Shown: positions 20,357-29,769, counted from the stretch's first letter. The stretch is 30,356 nucleotides of DNA from Chitinivibrionales bacterium (GCA_038247415.1 JBBRUX010000048.1:1-30356); one strand, 5' to 3'. The notes: generated by a model from the letters alone, not told the origin. Numbers and translations are program-made.

Positions 20357-20467
20357 GATATTCTCCTCAATACAGATGGATATCTTTTTGTAGGTTCCGA
20401 TCTCAATGCATCATATCGGTCAAAACGTAAAATCGTTATACAGTCCCGTGAGGGTTTCACCTTTGGT

Positions 20468-20485
20468 TAATCACCGAGGTGATTA
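20468..20485. promoter_or_regulatory. Near-perfect palindrome between xfp and clpB; operator or hairpin
   Basis: TAATCACC-GA-GGTGATTA. Confidence 0.3.
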
Positions 20486-20529
20486 CGAGCCGATAATCGC
20501 ACCGATGTACTTGGCGTAAAAATATAAAA

Positions 20530-22962
20530 TTATCGCCCTTTTCCATGACCCGGGTATAACCGCGGTTTTTCTTCTTCTGTATTGGCCCACTTCCAGTTAA
20601 GAATTTCCGGCATATCTATGCCATTTTTGTCAATGTATTCCTTGTGCTCAACAAGTTTCTCTTGCATTGTAAGCTTCAAGGCCGCTCCTGCAGAACCAGG
20701 GTTTGCTATTCGGTCGACAACATCAATGACAAGGTGAAAACGGTCCACATCGTTGAGAACCGTCATGTCGAAATTGGTTGTGATGGTGCCTTCTTCTTTG
20801 TATCCCCGCACATGCAAATTGTGGTGGTTGGTTCGGCGGTAGGTGAGCCGATGGATAAGCCAGGGGTATCCATGAAAAGCAAACACAATAGGTTTATCTT
20901 TTGTAAATAGAAAGTCGAAATTCGCATCACTCAATCCATGTGGATGCTCGGTCTCTGGTTCCAATTTCATGAGGTCAACCACGTTGATTACCCGGATTTT
21001 CAAATCTGGCATAGAGGTACGCACTATCGAAACGGCGGCCAATACTTCTAGCGTGGGAACATCGCCACAGCATGCCATAACCACATCGGGGGCAGCGTCG
21101 CCACAGTTTGATGCCCATTCCCACACGCCAATGCCCTGTGTGCAATGCGCAACCGCTGCGGGCATGTCAAGCCATTGGGGTGCCTGGTACTTGCCTGCAA
21201 CCACAACATTGACATAATGACGGCTTCTTAGACAATGGTCCCACACCGAAAGAAGGCAGTTGGCATCGGGGGGAAGATACACCCGCACTACCGTAGCTTT
21301 TTTGTTGACGACATGGTCTATAAATCCGGGATCCTGATGGGTAAATCCATTATGCGCTTGCTGCCACACATGGGAGGCCAAAAGGTAATTCAAAGAAGCG
21401 ATTTTTTTGCGCCAGGGTAACCCGGCACTCACTTTAAGCCACTTGGCATGCTGATTGAACATAGAATCGACAATATGAATGAAGGCTTCATAGCTGTTGA
21501 AAAGGCCGTGCCTGCCGGTAAGCAAATATCCTTCGAGCCATCCCTGACATTGATGTTCACTGAGCATCTCCATTACTCTGCCGTCGGGAGCGAGAAACTC
21601 GTCGTTATCTTCGGTCAACGCGTCCCATTGACGTTTGGTAACTTCAAACACAGAGCCCAGCCGATTTGAAAGCGTTTCGTCGGGGCCAAATATTCGAAAA
21701 TTACGATTTTTTTGGTTGAGCAAAAGCACCGCGCGTAGGAACTTACCAAGTTCCTGAGTGTCTGCAGCGAGTACCCCACCAGGTGCCGGTACATCAACTG
21801 CGAAGCTTCTAAAGTCCGGCATGACAAGATCCTTAAGCAGCAACCCGCCATTAGCGTGTGGATTAGCGCCCATACGTCGCAAGCCTTGTGGGGCGAGCTT
21901 GGCAAGTTCGGAAACCAGAGACCCTTTTTCATCGAACAATTCTTCGGGCTTATAGCTTCTCATCCAAGATTCGAGCATGGCTAAATGCTCGGGATGATTT
22001 GAATCGATCACGAGCGGGACCTGATGCGAACGAAAGGTACCTTCATTTGGCACGCCATCAACCTCTTTTGGTCCAGTCCAGCCTTTGGGAGACGCTAGCA
22101 CGATCATAGGCCAACGAGGACGGGTTGTATCATTATGTTCCCGAGCATGTGTTCTAATCTGTTGGATTTCTTCGATGACTTTGTCAAGAACTTCGGCCAT
22201 GAGCTGATGCATTACCTCCGGATCATCGCCCTCAACAAAATAGGGGTTCCACCCATATCCTCGAAGTAACTGGTCGAGTTCTTCATGCGTGATTCGGGCC
22301 AGCACGGTTGGGTTGGCAATCTTGAAGCCATTGAGATGCAGGATGGGCAGCACAGTGCCATCGGTAATGGGATTTAGAAATTTGTTGGAATGCCAAGCTG
22401 TGGCAAGCGGGCCTGTCTCTGCTTCGCCGTCACCGATTACGCACGCAACAATTAAGTCCGGATTGTCAAATACAGCACCAAAAGCATGACTGAGCGAATA
22501 GCCCAGTTCGCCCCCTTCATGTATCGATCCTGGACATTCAGGAGAGACATGACTTGGGATGCCTCCCGGATATGAAAATTGTTTAAAAAGACTTTTTAGT
22601 CCGGCCTCGTCTTTCGTAATGGCAGGATACATTTCGCTATAGGAGCCCTCAAGGTACGTATTTCCAACGAGTGCCGGACCGCCATGACCGGGGCCTGCAA
22701 CATAGATCATGTCAAGATTATACTGGGAGATAACCCGATTCAAATGCACATAAATAAAATTTTGCCCCGGAGTGGTTCCCCAATGTCCAAGCTGGGTAGA
22801 TTTTACATGTGCACATTTGAGCGGTTCCCGCAGGAGGGGGTTGTCCCGTAAATATATCTGGCCTACCGAAACATAGTTTGCGGCACGCCAATAGGCATGC
22901 ATAGCGTGAAGCACGTGCTGCGAGAGAGTTTCTTTATTCGCAGCAAGAATTTCCTTTTCCAT
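20530..22962 (-). CDS. xfp: Xylulose-5-phosphate/fructose-6-phosphate phosphoketolase
   Basis: 810 aa. [32 protein letters not shown] motif [44 protein letters not shown]. Confidence 0.98.
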   Translation of the reverse strand: MEKEILAANKETLSQHVLHAMHAYWRAANYVSVGQIYLRDNPLLREPLKCAHVKSTQLGHWGTTPGQNFIYVHLNRVISQYNLDMIYVAGPGHGGPALVGNTYLEGSYSEMYPAITKDEAGLKSLFKQFSYPGGIPSHVSPECPGSIHEGGELGYSLSHAFGAVFDNPDLIVACVIGDGEAETGPLATAWHSNKFLNPITDGTVLPILHLNGFKIANPTVLARITHEELDQLLRGYGWNPYFVEGDDPEVMHQLMAEVLDKVIEEIQQIRTHAREHNDTTRPRWPMIVLASPKGWTGPKEVDGVPNEGTFRSHQVPLVIDSNHPEHLAMLESWMRSYKPEELFDEKGSLVSELAKLAPQGLRRMGANPHANGGLLLKDLVMPDFRSFAVDVPAPGGVLAADTQELGKFLRAVLLLNQKNRNFRIFGPDETLSNRLGSVFEVTKRQWDALTEDNDEFLAPDGRVMEMLSEHQCQGWLEGYLLTGRHGLFNSYEAFIHIVDSMFNQHAKWLKVSAGLPWRKKIASLNYLLASHVWQQAHNGFTHQDPGFIDHVVNKKATVVRVYLPPDANCLLSVWDHCLRSRHYVNVVVAGKYQAPQWLDMPAAVAHCTQGIGVWEWASNCGDAAPDVVMACCGDVPTLEVLAAVSIVRTSMPDLKIRVINVVDLMKLEPETEHPHGLSDANFDFLFTKDKPIVFAFHGYPWLIHRLTYRRTNHHNLHVRGYKEEGTITTNFDMTVLNDVDRFHLVIDVVDRIANPGSAGAALKLTMQEKLVEHKEYIDKNGIDMPEILNWKWANTEEEKPRLYPGHGKGR

Positions 22963-22972
22963 AAAGCGCTCC

Positions 22973-23164
22973 TTATTTCCACATGTGCATGGGGTGCATC
23001 GATCCGGTAATGCCGACTGCGCCTAGTAGCCAAAGTATCAAGATGATAACGATAACGACATTGAGGATCTTCTTAATTGTGCTGTCCATCGGTATGTAGT
23101 TGTTGATAAGCCCTAATACAACCCCGACGACAATGATCGTAACGATCAATTGAACGATTGGCAT
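22973..23164 (-). CDS. Small two-TM membrane protein, Thivi_2564-like family
   Basis: 63 aa, '[29 protein letters not shown]'. RBS GGGGAG; ends 10 bp before xfp. Confidence 0.85.
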   Translation of the reverse strand: MPIVQLIVTIIVVGVVLGLINNYIPMDSTIKKILNVVIVIILILWLLGAVGITGSMHPMHMWK

Positions 23165-23200
23165 ACGCTCTCCCCTTAGATATTGTTTAGTAACCTTAGT

Positions 23201-23216
23201 TGCAATTTGCGCGCCA
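23201..23216 (-). promoter_or_regulatory. sigma54 -24/-12 promoter motif for the membrane protein-xfp unit
   Basis: Minus strand TGGCGCGCAAATTGCA. Confidence 0.8.
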
Positions 23217-23337
23217 ACTGTGTTTTATTGAAAGCGGGGCATATTGAATACCTATTGCCACTATCATAGGGTTGGCATAATTAAGAATATTTACGGTATA
23301 GAGGGGTTTTCCGTTACCGAGTTTTGGGTTACGCGGA

Positions 23338-23374
23338 TACGTGAAAAAGAGAATCAGATTTCCGGAAATGGGAA
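23338..23374. promoter_or_regulatory. Paired palindromic boxes, putative enhancer
   Basis: TACGT-GAAAAA-GAGAA at 23338 (degenerate) and TTTCC-GGAAAT-GGGAA at 23359; 21 bp apart. Confidence 0.5.
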
Positions 23375-23574
23375 TCGAGAGTTAAAAAGTTCTCGTTTTT
23401 AAACGAAGCAGCGCTTTGATCTTAAAATCGCGAAGGGGATATTATTTGCTTTTACGATGAGCCTGTGGGAAAAAATTAGAGCTCCGTTGCTCATAATTGG
23501 GATGCCTACACTGTATGCATATTATCCAAGGGTGTAGAGGGAAAGCAGGCTTGTTTGTGGTAACTTTTTAAATT

Positions 23575-24006
23575 TCATTTTTTCGTGTCATCTCTCACAT
23601 CCCCTTTTTTATCGCTCTTGGCAATGGAGATAGAATCAAGGTTTGTTACAGGTGACTGTTTTAATTCCACGATAAGAACATGCGTTTCTGTTTTTCCGAT
23701 ATTTTCGCCAATGTGGATTTGATCTTTCATATAAATCACATCCCCCGTTTTGAATTCTCGAATCATTGATTTTCCATCGAGGAAGGTAAGTTTTCGACTA
23801 AAAGGGTTGAGTGCATATAAGACAAAATCAGGATGATGATGTTGATGAGTTTTGTCTCCAGGCATATCCTTATAGTCAAGAACTCTGACCTTGTCGTTCT
23901 CTAGAATAACCTTGTATTTGTCACCATCTGTTTTTGATGGGTCTTGTGCAAAAGCCACTGCCACCATAAGAACAGCTAAAGCAAGGCAAGCAAATTTGTT
24001 TTTCAT
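23575..24006 (-). CDS. Exported cupin-domain protein
   Basis: 143 aa. Signal peptide ending AFA; 'LENDKVRVL...PGDKTHQHHHP...GDV......IHIGENIG'. RBS AAGGAG. Confidence 0.88.
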   Translation of the reverse strand: MKNKFACLALAVLMVAVAFAQDPSKTDGDKYKVILENDKVRVLDYKDMPGDKTHQHHHPDFVLYALNPFSRKLTFLDGKSMIREFKTGDVIYMKDQIHIGENIGKTETHVLIVELKQSPVTNLDSISIAKSDKKGDVRDDTKK

Positions 24007-24035
24007 AGTATTCTCCTTTTCAAGATGCTATGGTA

Positions 24036-24425
24036 TCAAAATAAAAACGTGTGTGAAAATTTTCCGTTGTAATCCGCCATCCCTTGAAAATCTACGGCAA
24101 CAACAGTCTCGTCACCAACTACCCATGCATCATGTCCGCTTGGTATAATGCAAACATCGCCAGCTTTACAAGTAAACTCAAGACCATCATCCAAAAGAAT
24201 TTTTAACGTGCCGGAAATAAGGTATTTAAAATGAGATACTTCACAACTTTTTGTTTTTGCAAGAGGCTGCACTGAGGTAGACCATTTCCATCCGGGTTCG
24301 TAGGTGGCACGTCCGATGATTGCTCCTTCAATAATCAGAATCTCTAACGTGCCTTTAGGAAAGGTCCATACTTCATCTGGATTACTGAAATGAAATACTT
24401 GTGCTTGTGTTACTGTGAAGTCCAT
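24036..24425 (-). CDS. Cupin-domain protein
   Basis: GRATYEPGWKWS, GDVCIIPSGHDAWVVGDE. Start placed at ATG 24425 (RBS AAGGA); the ORF track extends to 24476. Confidence 0.88.
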   Translation of the reverse strand: MDFTVTQAQVFHFSNPDEVWTFPKGTLEILIIEGAIIGRATYEPGWKWSTSVQPLAKTKSCEVSHFKYLISGTLKILLDDGLEFTCKAGDVCIIPSGHDAWVVGDETVVAVDFQGMADYNGKFSHTFLF

Positions 24426-24487
24426 AACGCTTTCCTTTTTAGATAAATTCAAAACATTTTTTGAGTAAATAGTCATCTCATTAAAAA

Positions 24488-24503
24488 AGCAACAAGTGAG
24501 CCA
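24488..24503 (-). promoter_or_regulatory. sigma54 -24/-12 promoter motif for the cupin genes
   Basis: Minus strand TGGCTCACTTGTTGCT; paralogous to 28941-28956. Confidence 0.75.
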
Positions 24504-24585
24504 AATGTCAGATACCAGGACAAAAGCCTGATTTGCCCCAAATCAGGGAAGTTTGTTTTATATCTAAGATATTGATATCTCGAAA

Positions 24586-24621
24586 TTCCTGTATTTGAGA
24601 ATCAAATTCTCGAAATAAGAA
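24586..24621. promoter_or_regulatory. Paired palindromic boxes, putative enhancer
   Basis: TTCCT-GTATTT-GAGAA at 24586 and TTCTC-GAAAT-AAGAA at 24607; 21 bp apart. Confidence 0.6.
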
Positions 24622-24728
24622 TCCAACTTCAATTTGTAGTCCATTGTAAAACTTGGACTTAGGGTGTTGCAATTTGAATATTTGTCAATTATTGAAGAAG
24701 GGATACGTTGTGCAAAAGTGGATTCAAT

Positions 24729-24959
24729 CTACCATTCCAAACTATCAAGGATAGACTTGTATAATTCATGAATCAACTTGTTGTCAAATTCCCATAAATT
24801 CTCAAGCACAGTCTTCTGTTCTGCATCCGAAAAGCAACTCATTGACGCAGGAAAAAATGACTGGTCTTCCTTTTTAAAATGTTTGGGATAAAAAGCAACG
24901 AGTTTTTTCAGATTCTATACAATACGGGAAATCGCTGCCGCATCACCTTTTTGATGCGT
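24729..24959 (-). pseudogene. Hemerythrin-like pseudogene: 3' part only, with an internal stop
   Basis: Reads HQKGDAAAISRIV*NLKKLVAFYPKHFKKEDQSFFPASMSCFSDAEQKTVLENLWEFDNKLIHELYKSILDSLEW*, collinear with the C-terminus of 29182-29715. TAG at 24915-24917; 5' end absent. Confidence 0.93.
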
Positions 24960-24965
24960 ATTGGG

Positions 24966-27530
24966 TTAGTAGGTAAACGTCAATCCTGCTCCTAAGCCCA
25001 TATCGCTGTCATAATGAGTTGACAAGGAAACATATTTTGTTGCGATGTATCTAAGTCCTGCCATGTATTCCTTATCGGTATTTATCATCCAGGCAAACCG
25101 AAGTCGTGGAGAAAGTGGAATATCTTCTCTTGATAATTGAAACCGTAATTCTCCATTTCCATCAACTCTTACATCCGCAATGGTTAAGGTAGGCAACGTG
25201 TATGCAATACCAGCTACTACTGTTTTCCGATTGTTTTTATTACTTGTTTGCCTAAACCAATTCTTTGTTTCGTCGCCAAAAATGTTTTTGGGACCACCTT
25301 CAACTTTATAATGGTAATCAAAACCAACATAGGGATACAACCATTGCATTTTACCCAAATATCTGCCTATCATTATTTCACTTTCGTAGCCGTGCATATC
25401 GTGATACCCTAAATGCCAGAGAGTACTTATTTTCCAACGGGTCTGTGCCAACATCGCCTCACCATCACTGCCATTGCTTTCAATACCTACCCTTGCCATA
25501 AAATGCATCATTCTATCATCAGCAAATAATTTTCGTTGTGCTACTGTAGGGTCAGAGATCTCAGGATTAGCAGGTGAATTTTCGTAGCTAAAAACTCTGC
25601 CCATTCCACTCATCATGTGATATAAAATATGGCAATGAAAAAACCAGTTGCCACTTGTGTTGCCTGCAAATTCTATGGTGTCCCGTTCCATTGGCATAAT
25701 GTCAATAATGTTTTTTAATGGCGCATACTCACCTTGTCCATTTAGTAATCTGAAATCATGCCCGTGCAAGTGCATTGGATGCCGCATCATTGAATTGTTA
25801 TACAAAACAATCCTTACATTTTCACCTTTCTTTATTAAAATTTTATCGACCTCCGATACTACTTTATTATCCAAACTCCATACATAACGGTTCATATTAC
25901 CTGTGAGATTAAACTTTAATTCTTTTATTGGGGCATTGGGCAATGTTGTTTTTTCGGTGGCCCGGAGCATTGTATAATTTAAAGTTACAATGTCGGGGTT
26001 CTCTGCATTCAGATCCATTTTCTGCATACTATTATTATTGTGCATTTGCATGTAATGCATATCATGGCTTTGCATAGTGTTTTTCTTCACTTTTTTCTTA
26101 GGCGCTTCCTCGCCTGTTACTTCCGGGTACATTACAGTATTCATGTCCATTTTTTGGTTACTCATTTCCATACCCATCGGCATTAGATTACCATTCATGG
26201 CCATCATATCATTCATCATCTTCATACCGGCGAAATATTTCAACTTTGGTAACTTTATTGCTGCAACTTTTTCTCCGCCCCCTAGCCAAAGAGAGGCTGA
26301 GGTAGTTCTGTCTTCGGGTGTAACTAAAAATTCGTAACTTTTATTTTCGGGAATGCTTACAATCACATCGTAAGTTTCTGATGCCGCGATAATGAGCCTA
26401 TCCACTTCAACAGGTTCTACATCGTTGCCATCACTTGCTACCACTGTTATTTTTCCGCCTGAATAGGTAAGCCAAAAATAAGAAGAGGCACCGCCATTTG
26501 CTATACGTAATCGGACTTTATCACCTGCTTTAAACTGGGGCTGCTCATAGATATTTTTACCATTTATCAGAAATTTATCATAGGCTACATCACTTACATC
26601 CATTGCATTCATCCGTTTCCATTCGTTTATAAGTTTGGTTGTAAGATGACCGCTTTTTATAGCTTCTAAATAACTCTGGGTTGTCCCTTTTTTTATAGCA
26701 AACCAATCTGTTGCATTATGCAAACTACGACGCACTTCTTCTGGTTTCATATTTGTCCATTCACTCAGTATAATAGGCACTGTTGGAATATCTAATTCTT
26801 TCCTTTTATTCATAATGAATGCTCCATACATGCCTATTTGTTCCTGTAATCCGGTATGGCTATGATACCAATGTGTGCCGTGCTGAATGATGGGGAATTT
26901 GTACAAATGTGTTGTATGTGGCTTAATAGGCATTTGGGTCAGGTTTGGAACCCCGTCATATTGATTGGGCAAAAACAAGCCATGCCAGTGCAAAGAAGTT
27001 TCTTCAGTCATCATATTGTGTACGTATATTTCTGCTGTGTCACCTTCTGTAAATGTTAATGTAGGCATTGGGATAGTTCCATTTACTGCAATGGCATGTT
27101 TTGAGGTGCCCGTATAGTTTACGAATGTATCTCTTATATATAAATCGTAACGAACGGTTTTAGGTGATTCATTATTCTCTATTGTTTTAACGGCTACCAT
27201 AGTATCTTTTAGTATGCTGCCCATTTGCATAGTCTGCATATTATTCTTTTGTTGTGTGGTATCCCCAAGCATCGGCACAGCCAACTTGCTTTTTGTTTCT
27301 GGAATAGCTTTTGGATTTTGTTTGAACAATTTCATTCCGCACTTGGGACAATTACCGCGCTTTGCAGATTGGATTTCAGGGTGCATTGGGCACGTGTAAA
27401 AGACAGTCAAGCCCGTTTGTTTACTTACGTTTTTTGTTGTATCAATCCCTTGCATATTGTTCATATTATCCAGAGCAAATGCAAATACAGGGAACAAAAT
27501 TAAAACAGAAATTAAGAATATGATTTTCAT
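24966..27530 (-). CDS. Multicopper oxidase (CopA/PcoA-like) with N-terminal heavy-metal-binding motif, Met-rich inserts and C-terminal beta-rich domain
   Basis: 854 aa. Signal peptide; YTCPMHP..CPKCGM; all four Cu motifs HWHG, WYHSH, HPMHLHGH, HCHILYHMMSGM; C-terminus ends GAGLTFTY. Confidence 0.95.
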   Translation of the reverse strand: MKIIFLISVLILFPVFAFALDNMNNMQGIDTTKNVSKQTGLTVFYTCPMHPEIQSAKRGNCPKCGMKLFKQNPKAIPETKSKLAVPMLGDTTQQKNNMQTMQMGSILKDTMVAVKTIENNESPKTVRYDLYIRDTFVNYTGTSKHAIAVNGTIPMPTLTFTEGDTAEIYVHNMMTEETSLHWHGLFLPNQYDGVPNLTQMPIKPHTTHLYKFPIIQHGTHWYHSHTGLQEQIGMYGAFIMNKRKELDIPTVPIILSEWTNMKPEEVRRSLHNATDWFAIKKGTTQSYLEAIKSGHLTTKLINEWKRMNAMDVSDVAYDKFLINGKNIYEQPQFKAGDKVRLRIANGGASSYFWLTYSGGKITVVASDGNDVEPVEVDRLIIAASETYDVIVSIPENKSYEFLVTPEDRTTSASLWLGGGEKVAAIKLPKLKYFAGMKMMNDMMAMNGNLMPMGMEMSNQKMDMNTVMYPEVTGEEAPKKKVKKNTMQSHDMHYMQMHNNNSMQKMDLNAENPDIVTLNYTMLRATEKTTLPNAPIKELKFNLTGNMNRYVWSLDNKVVSEVDKILIKKGENVRIVLYNNSMMRHPMHLHGHDFRLLNGQGEYAPLKNIIDIMPMERDTIEFAGNTSGNWFFHCHILYHMMSGMGRVFSYENSPANPEISDPTVAQRKLFADDRMMHFMARVGIESNGSDGEAMLAQTRWKISTLWHLGYHDMHGYESEIMIGRYLGKMQWLYPYVGFDYHYKVEGGPKNIFGDETKNWFRQTSNKNNRKTVVAGIAYTLPTLTIADVRVDGNGELRFQLSREDIPLSPRLRFAWMINTDKEYMAGLRYIATKYVSLSTHYDSDMGLGAGLTFTY

Positions 27531-27633
27531 TTATTTCTCTTCTTGGTATTTTTGTTTGATAACGTTAACCACATTTAATGATTATATGGGTGCGTGGCAG
27601 GTCGTTTTACGGATCACGCAGGCTAAAGGGGAA

Positions 27634-27792
27634 TCAGATTTTTTCGAACAGGTCCTTTGGTACCCCGCACTCCGGGCATACCCAGAAATCGGGGACGTCC
27701 TCAAACTTTGTTCCTGCTATTACTCCATGATCAGGATCTCCTATGCTTGGATCGTATCCGTAGTCACAAGTGGTGCATTTCCAGTTGTCCAT
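27634..27792 (-). CDS. Rubredoxin (52 aa; absent from the ORF track)
   Basis: Manual translation [52 protein letters not shown], with two CxxC motifs; RBS AGGAGG. Confidence 0.95.
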   Translation of the reverse strand: MDNWKCTTCDYGYDPSIGDPDHGVIAGTKFEDVPDFWVCPECGVPKDLFEKI

Positions 27793-27870
27793 TGATACCC
27801 TCCTATGGGTAATGTAAACATTTATTCATTATCTCAACTATGTATGAATTGGAATTCTCTTTTTACATAA

Positions 27871-28056
27871 TCAGATTGAATTTATTGTATTCTTGAGTAT
27901 TTTGCTAACTTCTTTGGCTATTAACAATAGGGCATCATTTCCTACAGCAGCTATAGTGGCCATCGGATCAATTGCAGCAATTTCTATCTGACGTGAATCT
28001 GTTTCCTGAACAATCACATTGCATGGGAGCATAAAGCCGATTTTGTTTTCTGCCTG
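27871..28056 (-). pseudogene. DUF302 family protein, C-terminal half only, in frame with unrelated upstream sequence
   Basis: 'QAENKIGFMLPCNVIVQE...IEIAAIDPM' is the DUF302 C-terminal pattern. The GFG...ILGACNP N-terminal half is missing and there is no clear RBS. Confidence 0.75.
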
Positions 28057-28242
28057 CGCGCTTCCTTCGAACTTTCCCTTATTCATGGACGACACACCCG
28101 AAAGGCGCAGTGCATAGATCTCCACGGCATCAGGCATACCCATGTGAGTATAAAATGGATGGTCAATATCCATTCTCATACGTGTACACGTAACGCATGG
28201 CGATCCACCCCTCACAGCGAGAACTGTTCTGAAAAGATGTGA

Positions 28243-28746
28243 TTATTTATTGTCAATTGCCGCAAGAATGTCTGCGTCGGTGGGAGTACCCCTCTGTGCA
28301 AACGCGATAATGCCCATTTTATCGATGACATACACCGTCCGATGTACCATGAGGCCGTTTGCGCCGTAGAGCGTGGCAACCTTCTGGCCATTGTCAACCA
28401 ATAGCGAAAATTGATATTTTTGCTTTTCTATGAACGCGGTGTGCGATTTCTTGTCGCCTGGATTAACGCCGAAAACTATAGCGCCTTTCTGCTCGAACTT
28501 CGAGAAGTCATCACGAATGGAGCATAGCTGCTTGGTGCAGCCGGGTGTTTGGTCGCCGGGGTAGAAAACCAATACAACAGCATTCTTTCCCCGCAGATCT
28601 GTCAGGTGTACTGCATTTCCTTTTTCTGTCAAGAGCGTAAAATCAGGCGCTTGTGTTCCTACTGATAGCATATTTCCTCCGCTACATGTTTGCGTAACCG
28701 TTAATAAAAGAGCACATATAATAAATACGTTGACCATTTTTTTCAT
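28243..28746 (-). CDS. bcp: Peroxiredoxin, BCP/PrxQ subfamily, with possible N-terminal export signal
   Basis: FYPGDQTPGCTKQLC (PxxxTxxC plus resolving Cys at +5); RTVYVID. Candidate starts at 28746 and 28671, both with a GGAGG RBS. Confidence 0.92.
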   Translation of the reverse strand: MKKMVNVFIICALLLTVTQTCSGGNMLSVGTQAPDFTLLTEKGNAVHLTDLRGKNAVVLVFYPGDQTPGCTKQLCSIRDDFSKFEQKGAIVFGVNPGDKKSHTAFIEKQKYQFSLLVDNGQKVATLYGANGLMVHRTVYVIDKMGIIAFAQRGTPTDADILAAIDNK

Positions 28747-28940
28747 CGTAACCTCCGAATGTTGCATTTTGTGTTAAAGGACACGAGGACGAAATTCAAT
28801 ACAATCCTATCCCTCCACTGAGTAGCCCTTCGCCCTTCAAGCAGAGAATTACTTGCATTGTTCCTGCTAGAACGAATCTTCAAAAGAGCCGTGCGGTGCC
28901 CCAAGTAAATTTCATGGCGTGAAGCCGAAAATAAGAATAA

Positions 28941-28956
28941 AGCAACAACTGAGCCA
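28941..28956 (-). promoter_or_regulatory. sigma54 -24/-12 promoter motif for the bcp-rubredoxin-oxidase unit
   Basis: Minus strand TGGCTCAGTTGTTGCT. Confidence 0.75.
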
Positions 28957-29038
28957 CAAATAAGAGAGCAAGATAAAGGCCTATTTTACTCTAAATCGGA
29001 GAACTTTTTCTTTTTTAGAACCTCGTTATGTCTCGGAA

Positions 29039-29074
29039 TTCTCGTATTTGGGAACCAGATTCTCGAAATGAGAA
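29039..29074. promoter_or_regulatory. Paired palindromic boxes, putative enhancer (best match to consensus)
   Basis: TTCTC-GTATTT-GGGAA at 29039 and TTCTC-GAAAT-GAGAA at 29060; 21 bp apart. Confidence 0.65.
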
Positions 29075-29181
29075 TTTGAGTCAAATTTTTAGCCCAATGC
29101 AAAAAAAAGGCCCTGGGTATTGCGAATAGCACATTTATCAATTGTTCCGAAGGAAATATGTTGTGTAAACAGGGACGTAGT

Positions 29182-29715
29182 CTACTCTTCCAAACTATCA
29201 ATTATGGACTTGTATTTCTCATGAATCAACTTCCTGTCAAATTCCCAAAACTCCTCAAGCATTGTCTGCTGTTCTGCATCCGAAAAGTAAGTCATTGACG
29301 TAGGAAAAAAGGTCTGGTCTTCCTTTTCCATATGCTTGGGATAAAAAGTAACGAGCTTTCTTAGATGCTCCACAATAAGAGAAATCGCTGCTGTGTCACC
29401 TTTTTGATGCGCAGCAGAAGCTTCAATGATTGCCGTTGTAGTTGCGCGCGCGAGAATGTGCTCTTGAATAAGTTCTTGCATCAGGTTCATGTCTGCTGGG
29501 GAGAGTTTCTTTTTTGAAAGCTCACTGAAAAGAATGTCTTCTTCTTTCCCATGATGGGTCCGATCGGCATAGGTTTTTATGAAATCAACGGCAATATCGA
29601 TAAAGGAATGATTTACCTCTTGGGTATTTTCAATCTTCTTAATCTCTTTGTCAATCAAGATGATCATACGTTCTATCAATCGATGTTCAATCATCAAAAG
29701 TCCTCGAGGTTGCAT
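29182..29715 (-). CDS. Hemerythrin/HHE cation-binding domain protein
   Basis: 177 aa. LMIEHRLI, YADRTHHGKEEDILF, LIQEH, YPKHMEKED..FFP. RBS AAGGAG. Confidence 0.93.
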   Translation of the reverse strand: MQPRGLLMIEHRLIERMIILIDKEIKKIENTQEVNHSFIDIAVDFIKTYADRTHHGKEEDILFSELSKKKLSPADMNLMQELIQEHILARATTTAIIEASAAHQKGDTAAISLIVEHLRKLVTFYPKHMEKEDQTFFPTSMTYFSDAEQQTMLEEFWEFDRKLIHEKYKSIIDSLEE

Positions 29716-29769
29716 GGAATTTCTCCTTATTGTCGAGATTTAATATAAACTTTCCTGATTATGGTTTTT

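Larger units (their letters stand above)
24488..24959. repeat. Diverged direct repeat, copy A (copy B at 28941-29412)
   Basis: Promoter motif, enhancer boxes, hemerythrin stop codon and 'TTTTTGATGCG' all recur at a constant offset of 4453 bp. Confidence 0.9.
28941..29412. repeat. Diverged direct repeat, copy B
   Basis: Aligns with 24488-24959 at offset 4453. Confidence 0.9.

Noticed and set aside
20407..20422. sigma54 promoter for clpB (minus strand TGACCGATATGATGCA) or a CIRCE operator
   Set aside because: The invariant -24 GG is GA, so it was not counted; no TTAGCACTC-N9-GAGTGCTAA element is seen.
27457..27795. 112-aa plus-strand ORF
   Set aside because: It is antisense to the rubredoxin and the oxidase start.
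28986..29201. 71-aa minus-strand ORF
   Set aside because: It spans the enhancer boxes in the duplicated intergenic DNA and has no recognisable protein features.
24488..29412. Composite transposon bounded by the direct repeats
   Set aside because: The repeats are gene plus promoter sequence; there is no transposase, terminal inverted repeat or target-site duplication.
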